A DNA stretch of 63,882 bases, counting the filler, from Octopus bimaculoides (Eukaryota), in NCBI RefSeq assembly GCF_001194135.2. It is 8 parts of 7 records of this genome, joined end to end, with 100 filler letters (N's around TTAATTAATTAA, not from the genome) between each part and the next. Parts side by side here need not be neighbours in the genome. Positions count along the whole stretch, not along the records: positions 51,795 to 57,209 come from NW_026357257.1; positions 57,310 to 59,180 come from NW_026415518.1; positions 59,281 to 60,932 come from NC_068982.1; positions 61,033 to 63,882 come from NC_068982.1; 4 more parts are not named here. The stretch is one strand, 5' to 3'. Below, piece by piece: positions 52,612 to 63,882 of the stretch. The number at the start of each line of letters is the position of its first letter. The stretch's first letter is position 1. The position numbers and the translations under genes were made by a program. The notes beneath the pieces were generated by a model. It saw only the letters and a list, made by a program, of their open reading frames with translations. It was not told where the DNA came from and did not search any database.

Positions 52612-53147
52612 TTTTAGAATATCCGTGCACGAAGAAAAATCGCCAAAAGGGACAATATATTTTCCCCTACCCTAATCAAACTGAAAAGTACCTTCAATGT
52701 GACTCGGCAGAGAAGCTGACCATCGTCTTGTGTCCTAAGAATCAAAGCTTTGATGCAACACTGAAGACATGTAAACTCAGTCCGGTGACTCTGCCCCTAC
52801 CAGGCATCGCTTTGTCCCTTAAACCTTGCGTCTCTAGCCCACCACAATATTATTATCCTCATCCAACAAACCTTTCAAAATTCGTACAATGTAGTCCATG
52901 GGGTAACAGTTATGAAATGTCTTGTTCAGCAGCACTATACTGGCATCAAAAAATTATGACATGCGATTATAATCCAGGCGGTAATGTGTGTGGTGTTAAC
53001 ACTAACGGCATGCTTCAACCTCACCCATTCAGTAATTCCTATTTTATAGCGTGTGGCGCAGGCACAGGTTATCAAGTAAGGAAATGTGAAAACAACAGAT
53101 ATTGGAATTCAACCTTGAGCGAGTGTGTTCAAACTTCACCGTCTTGA
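52612..53147 (+). CDS. Terminal exon encoding three tandem chitin-binding type-2 (peritrophin-A/CBM14)-like domains, 4 Cys each
   Basis: Acceptor ttttatttcag| at 52611. Frame is open to TGA 53145-53147: LEYPCTKKNRQKGQYIFPYPNQTEKYLQC...CPKNQSFDATLKTC; PCVSSPPQYYYPHPTNLSKFVQC...CSAALYWHQKIMTC; VCGVNTNGMLQPHPFSNSYFIAC...CENNRYWNSTLSEC. AATAAA at 53204-53209. Confidence 0.82.
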
Positions 53148-53283
53148 ATGAAAAATGGCAAGCCTCAAATTGCTTTTGATAGAATTTTAATGGAATTTTA
53201 ATGAATAAATGATTTGCTACCCTTTCTTCTCGTCTTCGAATTACCTTATGAAAGATAAGTTGTGCATTTAGAGGACTAAAACA

Positions 53284-53321
<38 letters not shown>

Positions 53322-54084
53322 CATACATGTACGTAACGTACATACATACACATAAATACACACAAACAGACACATCCATATACATACACAGGAACATATA
53401 CGCACGCATATACATACACACACACACATGTACATACACTTACATATCAGAAGCAAAGATTATTGTTTCTTTCTGTTTTTCTTTTACAGTCCAACACAAA
53501 TCCCTCTAATTAGTTAATTAAGCAATAAAGATTTTATACACTATTGTCAATTATAGTTAATTAAGCAATAAAGATATTATACACTGTTGTCAATTAATCG
53601 CTAATTAACCCCTTTCTAACTACAACTACGCTTATTTAATAATTATATTTTTTTTAATGATTTTATGTAATTTTAGTTAATTTTTGTTGCAATAAAATAA
53701 AAAAATAATTTCGTTATTGTTGTTGTTTAACGTTTCGTTGGTAAAAGATAAGGGAGGAGCAGCGCCCCCTTAAGCCATGGGTACACTTGGCAGATTCTCA
53801 GGATCCTCATGGATCTAGAGGCCCTAATCAGATCGATGTATGCCGTGGCTTGCTGGCAATAAATCAATACTAAAGGGCACAGTGCATTGATTTGGCCCGG
53901 GGGCCTACAATGCTGCTAAGAAACCCTGGGGGAAGGGAAGCACTCCAGGCGTTTTATTTATTTTTAGGGCATCCAAGACAGATATAAGGGGTAGGGAGGA
54001 AGTTAACCTCAAACCAGACACCTGTACCACATACAAGAGAGCACTTTGTATGTATGTATGTATGTATGTTTGTATGTATGTATG

Positions 54085-54320
54085 TATTATTTCTTTACTA
54101 CCCACAAGGGGCTACACACAGAGAGGACAAACAAAGACAAACAAACGGATTAAGTCGATTATATCGACCCCAGTGCGTAACTGGTACTTATTTAATCGAC
54201 CCCGAAAGGATGAAAGGCAAAGTCGACCTTGGCGGAATTTGAACTCAGAACGTAGCGGCAGACGAAATACCGCTAAGCATTTCGCCCGGCGTGCTAACGT
54301 TTCGGCCAGCTCGCCGCCTT
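54085..54320 (-). mobile_element. Full-length SINE family A copy within (TATG)n
   Basis: Same consensus; flanked on both sides by (TATG)n. Confidence 0.9.
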
Positions 54321-54490
54321 TGTATGTATGTATGTATGTATGTATGTATGTATGTATGTATGTATGTATGTATGCATGTATGTATGTATGCATGTATGTA
54401 TGTATTTATGTATGTACCCACACGTGTCTACGTGCATAGGTGTAACCATGATCTATGCACAGTCAGACGAGGGCTGAATCAAATTATATA

Positions 54491-54726
54491 CAGGGTGGCC
54501 CAAAAGAAAGTTTACAGTTATCACGCAGGCACTTTAAATCTTTTTTAAAGCATTTTATTACATTTAAATTTCTATCTTACAAACTGAAAAAGGGAGCTGA
54601 CAGAATTAATTAAATTAGCATAGAATAATGGTTTCATATTTTTTTTATAATTGCGGTATAAACTGATAATATATGAATGAGAAAGAGATAGTTGAATAAC
54701 TGTAAACCTACTTTCGGGCCACCCTG
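54491..54726. mobile_element. Tc1/mariner-type MITE, 236 bp
   Basis: 31-bp TIRs at 54491-54521 (CAGGGTGGCCCAAAAGAAAGTTTACAGTTAT) and 54696-54726, with 3 mismatches. TA on the left flank, TG on the right. Confidence 0.85.
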
Positions 54727-54727
54727 T

Positions 54728-54774
<47 letters not shown>

Positions 54775-56618
54775 CAAAGAAATGTATGTATAAATATTAA
54801 ACTATTTCTGGATAATTTCTTTTCCTCCCTCTATTGTGGTAAAAGTTTGGTATATACTCAAAAGTATTCATAAATTTCTATCCTTTTGTTAATATTTTCT
54901 TCTTTATAACCCTCAGAATAGCCATAAACTTTAACTGTATACAATATAGCAACATAGTTTAAAACATTTAACTATAGTACTACATGATAAGACTGCCCCT
55001 TGTTTCATTATCAATGGTCTGCTAGTGGGCGACCCCCTTAGTTGTCAGCTAACATCTTGTTTCAACTTTTCCTTTACCAAACCTCATGATATTGCTTCTA
55101 ATAAATCTTGATTTTATGACTATACCAACTATGGCTTCTGTCTGCTCTCTCACCCCTACCCCTAACAGATACTGCCCTTTATTCTCTCAGCCTTAGATAT
55201 ACAAGGATTTGATAAACTAGACTATAAATTAAAACTGACCCCATAAAAACAAATAAAATCAGTGACAGGCAGAGTCTTCTTGATAATTTAGTAACTTATA
55301 TGTTGTAGTAGAGGCAACATGTTCTTTGTCTATCTCCTGAACGTCTTGGAGATTTTAGGTATAATTATACTAATGTGTCCATCTGTTTTAATTTAATTAA
55401 ATTCTATGTCATTGTGCAGCTGAAGATTGCTCTGCATCTTAAATTAATGTAATGATTGCATTGTTCAATTAAATGGAGTTGCATGAAATGATCGTACTGC
55501 ATTACCTCTCGATATCCTTGTTGCTCATTTTGATATATATATATATATATATATATGGGAGATTATACAAAAAATAACAACAGACGAGGACAGGTGGTGT
55601 AAATAACAAAAGTATATATANNNNNNNNNNNNNNNNNNNNNNNNNNNNNNNNNNNNNNNNNNNNNNNNNNNNNNNNNNNNNNNNNNNNNNNNNNNNNNNN
55701 NNNNNNNNNNNNNNNNNNNNNNNNNNNNNNNNNNNNNNNNNNNNNNNNNNNNNNNNNNNNNNNNNNNNNNNNNNNNNNNNNNNNNNNNNNNNNNNNNNNN
55801 NNNNNNNNNNNNNNNNNNNNNNNNNNNNNNNNNNNNNNNNNNNNNNNNNNNNNNNNNNNNNNNNNNNNNNNNNNNNNNNNNNNNNNNNNNNNNNNNNNNN
55901 NNNNNNNNNNNNNNNNNNNNNNNNNNNNNNNNNNNNNNNNNNNNNNNNNNNNNNNNNNNNNNNNNNNNNNNNNNNNNNNNNNNNNNNNNNNNNNNNNNNN
56001 NNNNNNNNNNNNNNNNNNNNNNNNNNNNNNNNNNNNNNNNNNNNNNNNNNNNNNNNNNNNNNNNNNNNNNNNNNNNNNNNNNNNNNNNNNNNNNNNNNNN
56101 NNNNNNNNNNNNNNNNNNNNNNNNNNNNNNNNNNNNNNNNNNNNNNNNNNNNNNNNNNNNNNNNNNNNNNNNNNNNNNNNNNNNNNNNNNNNNNNNNNNN
56201 NNNNNNNNNNNNNNNNNNNNNNNNNNNNNNNNNNNNNNNNNNNNNNNNNNNNNNNNNNNNNNNNNNNNNNNNNNNNNNNNNNNNNNNNNNNNNNNNNNNN
56301 NNNNNNNNNNNNNNNNNNNNNNNNNNNNNNNNNNNNNNNNNNNNNNNNNNNNNNNNNNNNNNNNNNNNNNNNNNNNNNNNNNNNNNNNNNNNNNNNNNNN
56401 NNNNNNNNNNNNNNNNNNNNNNNNNNNNNNNNNNNNNNNNNNNNNNNNNNNNNNNNNNNNNNNNNNNNNNNNNNNNNNNNNNNNNNNNNNNNNNNNNNNN
56501 NNNNNNNNNNNNNNNNNNNNNNNNNNNNNNNNNNNNNNNNNNNNNNNNNNNNNNNNNNNNNNNNNNNNNNNNNNNNNNNNNNNNNNNNNNNNNNNNNNNN
56601 NNNNNNNNNNNNNNNNNN

Positions 56619-56692
<74 letters not shown>

Positions 56693-57511
56693 GTGTGTGT
56701 GTCTTCGTGTCTGTGTTTGTGCACCACCACAGCTTGACAACCTGTGTTGGTCTGTTTACGTCCCCGTAAATTAGCGGTTCGTCAAAAGAGAAGGATAGAA
56801 TGAGTAGCAGGATTAAAAGGAACGGAAAACTAATATGTGTATGGTTGATGCATACGGCTAAAATTCCTCAACGTAATGCCCCAGCATGGCTGCTCTCTAG
56901 TAACTGAAACAATACAAAAATTAAAGAGCTATATATTTATATGTATATATATTTGTGTGTGTGTATATATATGTATATATATATATACACACACACACAC
57001 ATAGACACGCATATATATAAGCGCATGTTTGTATGCATGTATACATGTATATACACATACAGACATATATAAAACACACACACGTGTATATATATATTGT
57101 ATGTATTTTGCATGTCTACATGTGAGTATATAAAGATGTTTGTACGTCTTTCTTTACTCTTTACTCTTTTACTTGTTTCAGTCTTTTGACTGTTGCCATG
57201 CTGGAGCACNNNNNNNNNNNNNNNNNNNNNNNNNNNNNNNNNNNNNNNNNNNNTTAATTAATTAANNNNNNNNNNNNNNNNNNNNNNNNNNNNNNNNNNN
57301 NNNNNNNNNTATATATATATACATACACATATATACACATATATATATATACATATATACATACATACACATATATATACATGCATACACACATACATAT
57401 ATATACATATATACACACATACACACATACACACATATATATGTATACATACATACATATACGCTCTCATAGCCATGCAAAAAAACATAATTCAAATAAA
57501 GTATATATTTC

Positions 57512-58350
57512 CTATTCATAGAATGCAAATGGATATCTATACATATGCAGGCATCTGAAAAGTTTAAATGTAATTTTATTAATTAAGTCACCCTTGGAAG
57601 AAAGTATGAAAAATAACTCCAAGTTACATAAAGAACAGCTATCTCTGCCCTTGTCGTACGGAAACTATTTACCTATTATCAACCATTCGAGAGAGTAACC
57701 TCTATTCTCGTCTTTCAATTGCCAAATTAAACTACTGAGCGCCGTACTATTTTCTTTATTCCTATCTCTAAATGTCGAGTAATAATTGGAAATTCTTCTC
57801 GAGACTTCAAGTGACGAAGCGCCAATATAACTCCAAATCTTCTTATCCGTTAAAACATTACACCAATATACAATGTTCTTAGTTTTAGCATTTGCACTTA
57901 GGAATCTAATTCTATTAGGATTATCTTCAGAAATTTCTATTAATTTGCTACAATTATTATTGGTACTATTAGTAACCTTTTTATCTTGGAAATTATCTTG
58001 AACAGTGTCTCTAGTAGTATTATCATTGCTATCTATATTTATATCAATAGAATCATGACTAGAATTAGAGGATAAAAGTTTAAAGTTATGAGCGGCGATA
58101 ATTTGGGTTAAATTTTTGGTATTAGAGAAACCGACCCTTACCTTATGCGCGTTAATGACTTTATAGTAATGTGAGTTTTTAGGAAAATATTTACTAACTA
58201 CATTCCTAAATAAACTAACTAAATTTGATTTAATTTGTTTCCCATATGGAACAATGAACCATAAACTATCCTGTTTATTGGAATTATAACTTACATTATT
58301 ATTCATAAAAAACTTTAGTTTACCATTGTCAGTGCTTAATACACGATCGT
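57512..58350 (-). mobile_element. Penelope-like element C-terminus, Naiad-type GIY-YIG endonuclease
   Basis: WFIVPY (cf. WFNPPF)...SKYFPKNSHYYKVINAHKVRVGFSNTKNLTQIIAAHN...NIVYWC...SYIGASSLEVSRRISNY...TALSSLIWQLK...LEWLIIGK*FPYDKGRDSCSLCNLE...LIN...CLH. One in-frame TAG at 57665-57667. Confidence 0.82.
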
Positions 58351-58854
58351 TATATATATATATATATATNNNNNNNNNNNNNNNNNNNNNNNNNNNNNNN
58401 NNNNNNNNNNNNNNNNNNNNNNNNNNNNNNNNNNNNNNNNNNNNNNNNNNNNNNNNNNNNNNNNNNNNNNNNNNNNNNNNNNNNNNNNNNNNNNNNNNNN
58501 NNNNNNNNNNNNNNNNNNNNNNNNNNNNNNNNNNNNNNNNNNNNNNNNNNNNNNNNNNNNNNNNNNNNNNNNNNNNNNNNNNNNNNNNNNNNNNNNNNNN
58601 NNNNNNNNNNNNNNNNNNNNNNNNNNNNNNNNNNNNNNNNNNNNNNNNNNNNNNNNNNNNNNNNNNNNNNNNNNNNNNNNNNNNNNNNNNNNNNNNNNNN
58701 NNNNNNNNNNNNNNNNNNNNNNNNNNNNNNNNNNNNNNNNNNNNNNNNNNNNNNNNNNNNNNNNNNNNNNNNNNNNNNNNNNNNNNNNNNNNNNNNNNNN
58801 NNNNNNNNNNNNNNNNNNNNNNNNNNNNNNNNNNNNNNNNNNNNNNNNNNNNNN

Positions 58855-59180
58855 TTTGAGACTCCAAGAAACTTCCTACAGCATCTATGACGTCATTGTC
58901 ACTGGCAAAATGGCGACTAGCCAGGGCTTTTTTCATTTATGGGAATAAATGAAAGTCAAAAGGGGCTACGTCTGGCGAGTAAGGCGGATGGGGAACAAGT
59001 TCGTATCCACAATCACGAACTGTTGCCATGGCAACCACTGAGGTGTTGGCTGGAGCATTGTCGTGATGAAAAAGGACTCCCTTGGTGAGCATTCCCGGCC
59101 TTTTCCCTTTGATTGCTTCTCGGAGGCATTTCAGTAGCTGAGAATAATACAGCCTTGTCACGGTGTGACCCTTTTCAAGG
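58855..59180 (-). pseudogene. Mariner transposase catalytic-domain fragment
   Basis: GHTVTRLYYSQLL..LREAIKGKRPGMLTKGVLFHHDNAPAN...HPPYSPDVAPFDFHLFP*MKKALASRHF; HDNA and YSPDLAP.D motifs; one in-frame stop; bounded by gaps. Confidence 0.92.
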
Positions 59181-59280
59181 NNNNNNNNNNNNNNNNNNNN
59201 NNNNNNNNNNNNNNNNNNNNNNNNTTAATTAATTAANNNNNNNNNNNNNNNNNNNNNNNNNNNNNNNNNNNNNNNNNNNN

Positions 59281-59387
<107 letters not shown>

Positions 59388-59388
59388 T

Positions 59389-59461
59389 AGGTCACTGCCT
59401 GCAATCGAACTCGGATACTTGGGGTTAGTAGCCAGCGCCCTTAACCACTACGTCATATGCC
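59389..59461 (-). repeat. tRNA-derived 73-nt module followed by (AAT)n; not a functional tRNA
   Basis: GGCATATGACGTAGTGGTTAAG...CCGAGTTCGATT carries A- and B-box-like motifs, but the acceptor stem does not pair. Confidence 0.65.
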
Positions 59462-59589
59462 GTGGGTATATTATAAATCTAATATTCTCCTATCCTTCCT
59501 TAATACCGGTTCCCATATACTGTTCATATCTGCGCTCGGTCTGCAGCAACTACCCCAAAAGCATACTCCCCACTCCAATTATGAAAAAA

Positions 59590-60099
59590 AAGCGAGGATG
59601 AAATCGATAAACCGTCCAGAGTCTGTCTACCATATCCGAAAGGCCTCTCCGAAAAGATACAAAAGATATGCGGCCCATATGACATCAGGACAGTATTCAA
59701 AAGTAATAGAACACTTCGCAAATATCTCTTTCGAGTAAAACCACCAATAGAAGAGAATATGCCTAAGAACTGCATGTACTCCATCCCATGCAGCTGTGGT
59801 AGGTTATACAAAGGTGAAACATATCGCCCCCTCAAATAAGGGCAGGGAGCATCGAAAAGCTGTGACACGGGAGGTATTGATAAATCGGTTATAGCTGATC
59901 AACTATGTAAAAGTAGATGCCAACTCCCCCGTGGGATGAAGTTAAAATAATGGACAGAGAACACCACTGGATGATAAGAAAACTCAAAGAAGCAGGACAT
60001 ATGCTAGGGCACAACAACCTCCTAAGCAGACCGAGTGCAGATATGAATAGCACATGGGAACCGGTATTAAGGAAGGATAGGAAAATATTAGATTCATAA
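59590..60099 (+). pseudogene. Penelope/Poseidon-like element C-terminus (GIY-YIG), degenerate
   Basis: Read across frames: CLPYPKGLSEKIQKICGPYDIRTVFKSNRTLRKYL...KNCMYSIPCSCGRLYKGET...WDEVKIMDREHHWMIRKLKEAGHM...TWEPVL; stops and frameshifts present. Confidence 0.82.
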
Positions 60100-60349
60100 A
60101 CCCTAACATTTACTCCATAATTGCCCACGTTAAAATGCAGTAAAGATAGGGTGGTCAGTGGCACTCCAATTAGGTGGTCCTTTAAGAAATAAACCCTCTT
60201 ATGACATTCCCTGAGATTAGGGGAGTTGCTGGTTTGAATTTCATTGTCCTTTCACCAAAGGTCTAGTAGCAGTTGACGAACATAAAAACGTAACATCACT
60301 CATATTTATTTAAAGATATATACATAAATACACACACACATGCACACGT

Positions 60350-60400
<51 letters not shown>

Positions 60401-61032
60401 TGTGTGTCTGTGTGTGTGTACATACATATACAAATACAGAATTTGAGGAAGCATTATTCACGAAAGGGATTGTTGAAAACAATCCTGATGCCGACTTGGT
60501 TTAACCAGATATATTGCTAGGAATATCATCAGTATATATGTGTATAAACACTCTCATATGAGAATGCAATACAAATAAAACGAACCACGCATCTTTTTAT
60601 CTTTCTTCTCCATTTTCTTTTATTGACTTTTTAATATATATATATATATAAATTTTTTTTAAATATATAAATATGCATTTACGTATGATTTTTGGGATGT
60701 ATGGATATTTTTGTGTAAAAATGTATTTATTAAAACATAGGTTTGTTTATATGTTCAAATATGAATGTACTTGTGAATAAGTATGGGAGCATATTTGTGT
60801 AGATGTACTTTTTATCTTTATTTTTATTTAAAAAAAAAATATAAGTTAACGTTTAGATGTTTATGTATGTGTAAATATAAATGTGTGTATATGATTGTGT
60901 ATACCAGTTTATGTGAGTGTGCGTGTCCACATNNNNNNNNNNNNNNNNNNNNNNNNNNNNNNNNNNNNNNNNNNNNTTAATTAATTAANNNNNNNNNNNN
61001 NNNNNNNNNNNNNNNNNNNNNNNNNNNNNNNN

Positions 61033-61370
61033 TACACCAGTCATTGGGTATGACTCCTTCGTGTATCACCTGGTTCGTAATACGGGTGACTAGGCTGTAG
61101 CCAACACTGCCAGATATTTTGAGCATCTCTGCAGTGATTCCTGATGGGCCGGGGGCTTTCCCTGTCTTCATACTCCTAATTGCTTTATCTACCATGGTAC
61201 TGTCAACTCGGATAGCTGGTCCCTCTGTTGCGTCGACATACGGCAGACTCTCTTTCTCCCATTCATTCTCTTTATTAAGCAATCTATCGTAGTGGCATCT
61301 CCAGACCTCTTTCTTTGCAGCCTCATTTAGAGCAAGCGTACCATCATCCATGCGAACACATTTCTCTCCT
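61033..61370 (-). mobile_element. RTE-like LINE fragment: EN-RT linker and start of RT
   Basis: DDGTLALNEAAKKEVWRCHYDRLLN...VDKAIRSMKTGKAPGPSGITAEMLK...EGVIPNDWC; cut by a spacer. Confidence 0.9.
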
Positions 61371-62973
61371 ACTACATCACTATTCTCTCAAAGTGTATTA
61401 TTAAAATACTGTCAGTGCTCAAATTTTAGTTTATTTTTATATAAAAAATTCATATTTCCTTATTAGTTGTTGTTGTTGGGTTGGTCAGGGTAACTAAGTT
61501 GAAGGAAAGGGACTATGTTCTTTACATGAATGACCCAAGTATACAAGTGAATTATATCAAGAAGCATATTTGCTGGCTTGTATGTGATATTTAAAGCTTT
61601 ATAATGTTCCAGTTAACACTGTTACATGATATATGTAAATAGTTATTATAAAATGGAATAAGGTGGTAATTATATAAAAAGATGTTCACATGTGTATAGA
61701 TATGCATGCATTTCGACATTACTCTTTGCCAAACATGGTACACGAAATTACACAAAAACAAGAAGAAAGTGTGAACACATTTCTTAGTATTAAACAACAG
61801 AATTTTGTGTAGTGTCTATGGTGGCTGTGTTTGAGATTTCAATATTCCAGTTTTTAATAACCTTGAACAAAACTTCTAGGACCTGTGGAGATACAATTGG
61901 CATGAATTTACTCAACTTTTCCTTAGTCTACTGCTCTTAATTGCTAAATAGTCAGATAACCTTCATTTGCATATTTCAAAAAATGTTATTGTTCAGTGTT
62001 ATTATGTGTCTTGCACAGCCTAGATTAAAGATTGGTTGAATGCTTCAATAGGTTCAAGATTGTTTAGTAAAGACAATGTTTGAAGATAAGAAAGATAGGC
62101 AGAGTATTTGGTATGTCAGTAAGTTGTATTTTTTAGAAAATAGTTAAGGAGGGAAGGGCAGCATCTATAACTTCATTTTACAAGGCCTTTGAGACTGGTT
62201 TTTACTCTATCAACATCTGTGTGAGAAGAGTATAAAGATCAAGAAGAACAGTGAACATAGAAATCAGCAAAGACAATGACTTCAGAGAAGAATGAAATAA
62301 ATGTTCTTGATGCAGGACATGTAATAGCCAAATAGATTCTGGCATTTGATGGAATGTAGAGAGTGGTAGACAAAACAGTGGGAATGAAAGGAATGAGAAA
62401 GGGAGATTTTTATTTTAGTTTGTTGCTAGGATACCCTATATGTGATTTAATTTTTACATTTTACCATTAATATAGCTTTTGTGACCATTTTACTCATAAA
62501 TTTTGTATATTTGGAGCTCTACATAAGATAGTTACATAATCAATTTGTTTGTACATCTAGTTTTGTTTTAAGGTGTATTGAGTAATGTAATATGCTGCAA
62601 TGGCTACATGTTTGGTTAACTGACAAGAAAATGAAAGTGCAGGCATGTCCACTATAACAGTTAAAGTCATGAAGTTCACGACTTTGGTACTTGCATACAA
62701 ATTTCTAAATTATATTAATCATGTACATCTGTTTGGTGGCCTGAAGGTGTTATTTTCTAAAGGAAATTTTAGCATTGGTGTTTTACTAATATATTATTCA
62801 TGCTAGTTTATGATTGGATATAACACACATGCTGTGTTTTCTTTATATTTTTAACACTTCTGTAGTCAAAGAGCATTTGCTTTATGTAATATACTTAATG
62901 CGTTTTTGTTGTTTTTGTCTGTTTTATTTATTGTGTAGAATTTGTTGCTCAACTGCTGCTGCTGCTGCTGCTG

Positions 62974-63020
<47 letters not shown>

Positions 63021-63225
63021 GCTACTGCTGCTGCTGCTGCTGCTGCTATTACTACTACTGCTATTGTTACTGCTGCTGCAAATATTCCTACCACTACCGC
63101 TGCCACGGCCATCATGACCTACACCACCACTGCTGCTGCTGCCACTGCCACTGCTGCTACTATTACTAATACAATAACAACAGCTACCACCACTGATGCT
63201 GCCCCCCCCACTACTACTACTTATT

Positions 63226-63455
63226 TCTTTATTTCCCACAAGGGGCTAAACATTGAGGGGACAAACAAGGACAGACAAAGGGGGGGGATTAAGTCAATTA
63301 CATCAATCCCAGTGAGTAATTGGTACTTAATTTATCGATCCCGAAAGGATGAAAGGCAGAGTCGACCTTGGCAGAATTTGAACTCAGAACGTAACGGCAG
63401 ACGAAATACTGCTATGCATTTCACTCAGTGTGCTAACGTTTCTGCCAGCTCGCCC
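63226..63455 (-). mobile_element. Full-length SINE family A copy within (TAC)n
   Basis: Same consensus; flanked by (TAC)n. Further family A copies at about 33655-33870 (+), 35681-35843 (-), 35891-36049 (+), 38385-38595 (+), 38650-38860 (+), 42410-42600 (-), 47080-47270 (-) and 52205-52312 (-). Confidence 0.88.
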
Positions 63456-63516
<61 letters not shown>

Positions 63517-63666
63517 AACAGTCATATAGTTCAGGCAGATCCCCAAGTGGTTAGGATTTTGGACTAACAATCATAAGGTCAAGGTTTCATGTATCCTTGA
63601 GTAAACCTGTTTAATTCACGTTGCTGTTGTCATCACAGATGAAAACGAGCAGCAGTTGAGTGAATG

Positions 63667-63710
<44 letters not shown>

Positions 63711-63882
63711 CCACCATCTGTCACATCCTTGATGGCCTACTGGGTGAAATGTGAGAGGGTTGAATGTGGATCTATGTCTATTCGCAAATACTAAGGCATA
63801 TGAAACAAATGGCTAAAACATGGTAACTGCTACTATGTCATACTCACTAACAAGTGAACGCTACAGTCTACCAATATATATA

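Noticed and set aside
19816-53147. Taxilin, ZFYVE21 and the chitin-binding gene as a vesicle-trafficking or secretion cluster
   Set aside because: Each gene lies on a different spacer-delimited segment, so linkage is not demonstrated.
57665-57667. In-frame stop in the Naiad-like ORF as selenocysteine recoding
   Set aside because: The codon is TAG, not TGA, and is not at a Cys position; an ordinary nonsense mutation is simpler.
57665-58936. 423-aa ORF that appears to fuse a mariner transposase to a GIY-YIG nuclease
   Set aside because: The two parts are separated by about 500 N and a (TA)n tract. The frame is open only because N codons are not stops; these are two unrelated elements.
59389-59461. 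tRNA gene
   Set aside because: A/B boxes are present but the acceptor and T stems do not pair; the same applies to the SINE heads.
62814-63554. 246-aa Ala/Thr-rich mucin-like ORF
   Set aside because: Composed of (TGC)n/(TAC)n repeats plus an antisense SINE; no splice signals or domain.

Overview
AT-rich, microsatellite-dense eukaryotic genomic DNA, not prokaryotic. The repeat landscape looks like a coleoid cephalopod (Octopus-like); this is inferred from recognising the repeats, not from a database search. The window is not one contiguous locus. Seven artificial 100-bp spacers (N44-TTAATTAATTAA-N44) split it into eight pieces: 1-18612, 18713-27574, 27675-39554, 39655-51694, 51795-57209, 57310-59180, 59281-60932 and 61033-63882. 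Three host genes are supported, all on the + strand: four internal exons of a taxilin gene, six exons of ZFYVE21 (first exon missing), and a terminal exon encoding three tandem four-cysteine chitin-binding type-2-like domains. The rest is mostly transposon debris and simple repeats: several tRNA-derived SINE families, RTE-like and R4/Dong-like LINE fragments, two different Penelope-like GIY-YIG elements, two mariner remnants, MITEs and foldback elements. Most ORFs in the supplied track are artefacts of microsatellites or N-runs. I found no convincing novel multi-gene system. The best leads are the 4-Cys chitin-binding-like protein, long intronic foldbacks (candidate dsRNA/editing substrates), a Penelope fragment with an inverted terminal duplication joined to a tRNA-like module, and a CpG-rich island at 48.7-49.1 kb with a TATA box, a 12-bp repeat and a 69-nt hairpin. 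Repeat boundaries were read by eye and are approximate.
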